This document shows, piece by piece, positions 60,297-64,000 of a stretch of DNA of 64,000 bases. Each line of letters starts with the position of its first letter. The first letter of the stretch is position 1. Origin of the DNA: Abditibacterium sp. (GTDB lineage: Bacteria > Armatimonadota > Abditibacteriia > Abditibacteriales > Abditibacteriaceae); the NCBI GenBank assembly GCA_965246885.1, contig OZ251992.1, positions 3,008,001 through 3,072,000 on the forward strand, written 5' to 3'. Position numbers and translations under genes: made by a program. The notes under the pieces were generated by a model. The model did not search any database and had not been told where the DNA came from. It worked only from the letters and a program-made list of their open reading frames with translations.

Positions 60297-63080
60297 ATGA
60301 AGTTCGGTCGCTTTGGCTGGAAGCGGGCCTGCGAGTGGGCGGGGGTACTGCGGGTGTGGGCGTCGCCGGGAACCAACCCGTTCGTGGCACAGGCGGCGCG
60401 CGTCGAGGAACGGCGGCGCTTGCCGTTTCGGGTCGCGTTCTGGTGGGCGGCGTGGTTTGGGGTGGCGTGGTTCTTCGCGTGGTCGGTAGACAGTGGATTG
60501 GGGCGGCACCCCTACCCGGCAGTGACGGCGGCGCAAACGGCGGTTGGTCTGGCGTGGCTGTGGGCCTTTTTCGCCGCGCGATTGCGGTTGGCGAGCGCGC
60601 TGCAAAGCGAGTGGATTAAAGCGCGCCTCGCGCCCATCCTGCTGTCGCGCTTGTCGCCCGACGAGGTGGCGGCGCGCGCGGGAGCGCCCGCGTTTTGGCT
60701 CGGCTTATTGGTGGCGGCAATGGGCTTACCGGCGTGGGCGTTCGGGCTGGCGCTGGGGTTCTTTAGCCCGCTTGATGCGTTGGGGTACGCGCTACTTTTG
60801 GCTCTGGCCATCGTGGGTTTCCCGGTTTGGAGCGCGACGCTGTGGGAAGCGCAAGTGAACGCGCGGGCGCGCCTCAAAGCGGGCGCGACGCCCTCGGCGA
60901 CCAAGCGCCGCGTGGCAACAACGACGACCAACGCGGGGCCAATGTCGCTGTCGCGGGCAGTGTTCCTCTCGCTGTTCGTGGTAGGGCAGGCGCTCGTCTT
61001 CTCGGTTCAACTGCCGATGATGATGTCGCTGGGAACGTGGGTGGCAATGTGGCCCTACGAAGTCACCCACCTCTTCATGCGGCCCTACATGTATCCGCTT
61101 TTGCTCGCACGGCTGTTGGTTTACCCCTTGCCCTTCTACGCCGCGTCGCTCCCGTTGGCCCTCGCACTCGCGCCGTTTTGGATCAACGGACTGCGCGACT
61201 CGCACGCACGACTAAGCGCCTCCCTCGAAGCGCGGAGCGACTCGGCAGAGAAGCGGGCGGCGCGGGTGGCGGCGATTTGGCGCCCGATACGCGGGTTGTG
61301 GGCGCCGCTTCTGCTCGGCTTCCTGTTGCCCGTCGCGTATCAGGACGGTTGGCTCGGAGCGTGGCGCATCGGAGCGGTGGCGATGCCGACCAAAGCGGGC
61401 GTGGACGCTTCGGTCACGCTGAGTTTGTGGCACGGCCTCATCGCTATGGCAACCTTTGCTTCGTCGTTTTGGCTGAGGGCGCGCGTGGCCAAGGGCGCGG
61501 CGGTGGTGGAATGGCCCATATTGCGGCGGCAGTGGGCGCGCGTCGCGGCGCGCACCTTTGGAGTAGCGACGCTGGTGGGCACACTCGCGCCGCTCGCGTG
61601 CGGACATACTCCCTTCCCCGCGCCATTCGGGGTGCTGGCGGCGCAACTGGCGCTCGTGGCGGGAATGTGGCTGACGCTGCAAGTGGCCATAGCGCGCTTA
61701 CAGTCGGTGCGAGGCGTGACCTCCGGGTTCGGGCGGAGCGCGCTCGATTGGGGCGTAATACTGTGGCTCGTTGGTATCCCGTTCCTCATTACAGCCGTGC
61801 CCGCGCTGGTGACGTGGGGCGTCGTGTTCGTCAACCCGCTTAAGTGGCCGATGTGCCTCGCGTCTCCGGTGACGCTGTGGTTCGCGCCGCGCTTTGCCCA
61901 GTCGCTCGACTCGCCCCTCTTCTACGGCGCGGCGGTCGGGCATGGGATGTTGGCGGGCGCGCTGTTGCTGTACACTCGGACGCTGAAAGCGTCCGAGGGG
62001 AAGCCCGCTAAAGCGGCGAGACGGCGGCGACTGAGCGCAGCGACGCGCCGCAAACTCGCGCTGAACCCGCAAGCGGCCCAAGAGGAACAGGCGCTGCAAC
62101 AGTCCCGCGAGGAAACGCTCCAAACCGTCCTCGAAGCGCGCCAGCAACAGGACGCGCCCACCGCCAAGACGCCCGCGCCTCCCCTCAACACCCTCGACAC
62201 CGACGCGCCCGAAACGGCGGCGCTTCGCACCATCACCCGCCCGCCGCTCCCCAAGCCCAACGCCGCGCAGGAGCGGTTTCTGGGGCGCTTTGGGCGCTTG
62301 GACAACCCCCTGCTGCTCTTGGAAATGCGGCGCGCAATGGGACAAATTGATTGGGCGACAAACGCGCGCTACGGCGCCGAAGCGGGCGCTATTGCGGTTG
62401 TTATTTTCTCGATTGTCGTGCCAGCCATTTACCTGCTGATGAACTTGCTCACGGGGCCGACGCCGCCCAAAGGCAGTCCGCCGACTTTCGCTGGCATGGA
62501 GTGGGTGTTCGCCGGGTTCACCTTGCTGGGCTTGGTCATTGCGGTTGCCGACATCGTTCAAAAAGTTGAGTCGCTGTATGCCCGCGACCGCTTGGACGGC
62601 GCGCTGGACTTTTTGTGGCTTTCTCCCATGACGACGCAAGAGATCGTGATGGGCAAGCTCGGCCCGCCGCTTATCAAGGCGACGCTTTACATGGCGGCGT
62701 TCTGGCCCGCGCTGCTTACCATCTCCGCCCTCTTGTCGCTCGCGGGCGATTATCGTTTGTGGCCCTTTGCCGTTGTGATGCCCATTTTTGTCTGGGCGTT
62801 CGCGGCGCGCGGGGTGGCGTGGTTGCACCTAACGGGCGTGGCAAAAACCTCCTCCCGCTTCGCGCTGTATGTTGCAGGAGTGGGGTTGGGCGCGCTGTTG
62901 TTGCCGCTCGCCGTTGGCATTGGTTACGCCTTTTCGCTGCTGTTGGGCGACTTCGACACGGCGGATTTCTCGCCGCTTCTTTGGTGGGCGCTCGCTTCCA
63001 CTGTAGCGTGTTTGCTCGATTGCTGGTTGCCGCTCGCGTGGAGCCTGCGGCTGCTGGAGCGCGAGCGAGTGCGGCGCTAA
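60297..63080 (+). CDS. Large polytopic membrane protein with two ABC-2 permease-like modules
   Basis: NPFV..ILLSRLSPDEV and DNPLLLLEMRR..RDRLDGALDFLWLSPMTTQEIVMGKL, separated by a hydrophilic linker. Confidence 0.7.
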   Translation: MKFGRFGWKRACEWAGVLRVWASPGTNPFVAQAARVEERRRLPFRVAFWWAAWFGVAWFFAWSVDSGLGRHPYPAVTAAQTAVGLAWLWAFFAARLRLASALQSEWIKARLAPILLSRLSPDEVAARAGAPAFWLGLLVAAMGLPAWAFGLALGFFSPLDALGYALLLALAIVGFPVWSATLWEAQVNARARLKAGATPSATKRRVATTTTNAGPMSLSRAVFLSLFVVGQALVFSVQLPMMMSLGTWVAMWPYEVTHLFMRPYMYPLLLARLLVYPLPFYAASLPLALALAPFWINGLRDSHARLSASLEARSDSAEKRAARVAAIWRPIRGLWAPLLLGFLLPVAYQDGWLGAWRIGAVAMPTKAGVDASVTLSLWHGLIAMATFASSFWLRARVAKGAAVVEWPILRRQWARVAARTFGVATLVGTLAPLACGHTPFPAPFGVLAAQLALVAGMWLTLQVAIARLQSVRGVTSGFGRSALDWGVILWLVGIPFLITAVPALVTWGVVFVNPLKWPMCLASPVTLWFAPRFAQSLDSPLFYGAAVGHGMLAGALLLYTRTLKASEGKPAKAARRRRLSAATRRKLALNPQAAQEEQALQQSREETLQTVLEARQQQDAPTAKTPAPPLNTLDTDAPETAALRTITRPPLPKPNAAQERFLGRFGRLDNPLLLLEMRRAMGQIDWATNARYGAEAGAIAVVIFSIVVPAIYLLMNLLTGPTPPKGSPPTFAGMEWVFAGFTLLGLVIAVADIVQKVESLYARDRLDGALDFLWLSPMTTQEIVMGKLGPPLIKATLYMAAFWPALLTISALLSLAGDYRLWPFAVVMPIFVWAFAARGVAWLHLTGVAKTSSRFALYVAGVGLGALLLPLAVGIGYAFSLLLGDFDTADFSPLLWWALASTVACLLDCWLPLAWSLRLLERERVRR

Positions 63081-63093
63081 AATGGACGAGCCG

Positions 63094-63229
63094 CCGGGGT
63101 GGGCGGATGGGCCGCCGGGTTAATTCTTTCGTCGGCGCATGTAATTCTTGCTTCCACCGACGTGCGCCACCCGTCGGCGCGTACGCGCCGACGAAAGAAT
63201 TAACCCGGCGGCCCATCCGCCCACCCCGG
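63094..63229. repeat. 45-bp perfect inverted repeat (REP/MITE-like)
   Basis: CCGGGGTGGGCGGATGGGCCGCCGGGTTAATTCTTTCGTCGGCGC (63094-63138) / exact reverse complement (63185-63229), between convergent genes. Confidence 0.93.
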
Positions 63230-63230
63230 T

Positions 63231-64000
63231 CTATCCCTCACCGAGGGCGCTGATTAAGTCCGCGAAGACGGCGGGTGGCGGAGCCTCAAAGCGAAGCGGC
63301 TCGCCGGTGGCGGGGTGAGCGCAACCGACGACCCGCGCATGGAGCGCTTGTCCGTTCAACGCTTCAATAAGGGTTTTCGAGCGCTCGTTCGGGGCGCACG
63401 TCAAGGCGCGATACAGCCCGCCATAAATGCCATCTCCCACGATGGGATGCTGTAAATAGGTGAAGTGGGCGCGGATTTGATGGGTGCGCCCCGTTAGTAA
63501 GTTGATGTCCACGAGCGCAAACTTGGGCCACGAGCGCTGCACTTCGTATTCGGTAATGGCGGGCCTGCCGCCGGGAGCGACCGTCATTTTCTTGCGGTTG
63601 GTATGGCTCCGTTCGATGGCGGCCTCGATGCGACCCCGCGCGGGAGGAACGCCGTTGAGAAGGGCCACGTAGCGCTTTTCGACGGTGCGGGCCTGAAACT
63701 GCGCGGTCAAATTCCAATGCGCCGCGTCGGTTTTGGCGACCAGCATGACGCCGGAAGTGTCTTTATCCAAACGGTGCACGATGCCCGCGCGACCGGGCGG
63801 GCCGACATTTGAAAGCGTCTTGCCTTGCGCGCGCAGAATGTCCACCAAAGTCGCGCCGGTATCTCCCGCGCCGACATGAACCGTCACGCCGCGCGGCTTA
63901 ACGACCACGAGCAAGGCGTCGTCCTCGTAAAGAACCGGGACGTGCGGCGCGCGCGCTAATTCTTCGGGCGTGGCGTTGATGGGCGCGGCGTCTTCGTCGT
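63231..64000 (-). CDS. rluD: RluA/RluD-family pseudouridine synthase (5' end beyond the window)
   Basis: VLYEDDALLVVVKPRG, GIVHRLDKDTSG, TGRTHQIR, PIVGDGIYG, QALHA. Confidence 0.9.
   Translation of the reverse strand, partial: DEDAAPINATPEELARAPHVPVLYEDDALLVVVKPRGVTVHVGAGDTGATLVDILRAQGKTLSNVGPPGRAGIVHRLDKDTSGVMLVAKTDAAHWNLTAQFQARTVEKRYVALLNGVPPARGRIEAAIERSHTNRKKMTVAPGGRPAITEYEVQRSWPKFALVDINLLTGRTHQIRAHFTYLQHPIVGDGIYGGLYRALTCAPNERSKTLIEALNGQALHARVVGCAHPATGEPLRFEAPPPAVFADLISALGEG

Overview
A GC-rich bacterial chromosomal segment. The lineage is probably Armatimonadota/Abditibacteriota; this is inferred from the DUF1559-type prepilin-like protein and an ARC-type ATPase. Housekeeping genes (bioF partial, mug, rplI, hisA, miaB, ligA, ftsY, rluD partial) are interleaved with sugar catabolism (rhamnose isomerase, aldolase/SDR, GH78, GH39-like, GH63, glucose dehydrogenase), signalling genes (three histidine kinases, a response regulator, a GGDEF/HD-GYP protein) and small lower-GC insertions. 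I found no rRNA, tRNA, CRISPR array or transposase. Highlights: (1) a sigma70 promoter and cobalamin riboswitch directly controlling a prepilin-type H-X9-DG/DUF1559 protein; a second, decayed prepilin gene sits in a LacI-glycosidase locus, suggesting these pilin-like proteins capture substrates; (2) an ABC-type ATPase + TOPRIM-like (DUF3226-like) candidate defence pair; (3) an orphan ARC/Mpa proteasomal ATPase lacking the HbYX tail, whose 3' end is duplicated around an inserted dehydrogenase; (4) several 21-bp-period repeat arrays, some in-frame inside genes, and four long REP-like inverted repeats between convergent genes; (5) many probable leaderless genes; (6) pseudogenes: a frameshifted Schlafen/AlbA_2 gene, a LacI gene with a premature stop, and a prepilin/PA14 deletion scar. 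All family calls come from reading motifs by eye, not from database searches.
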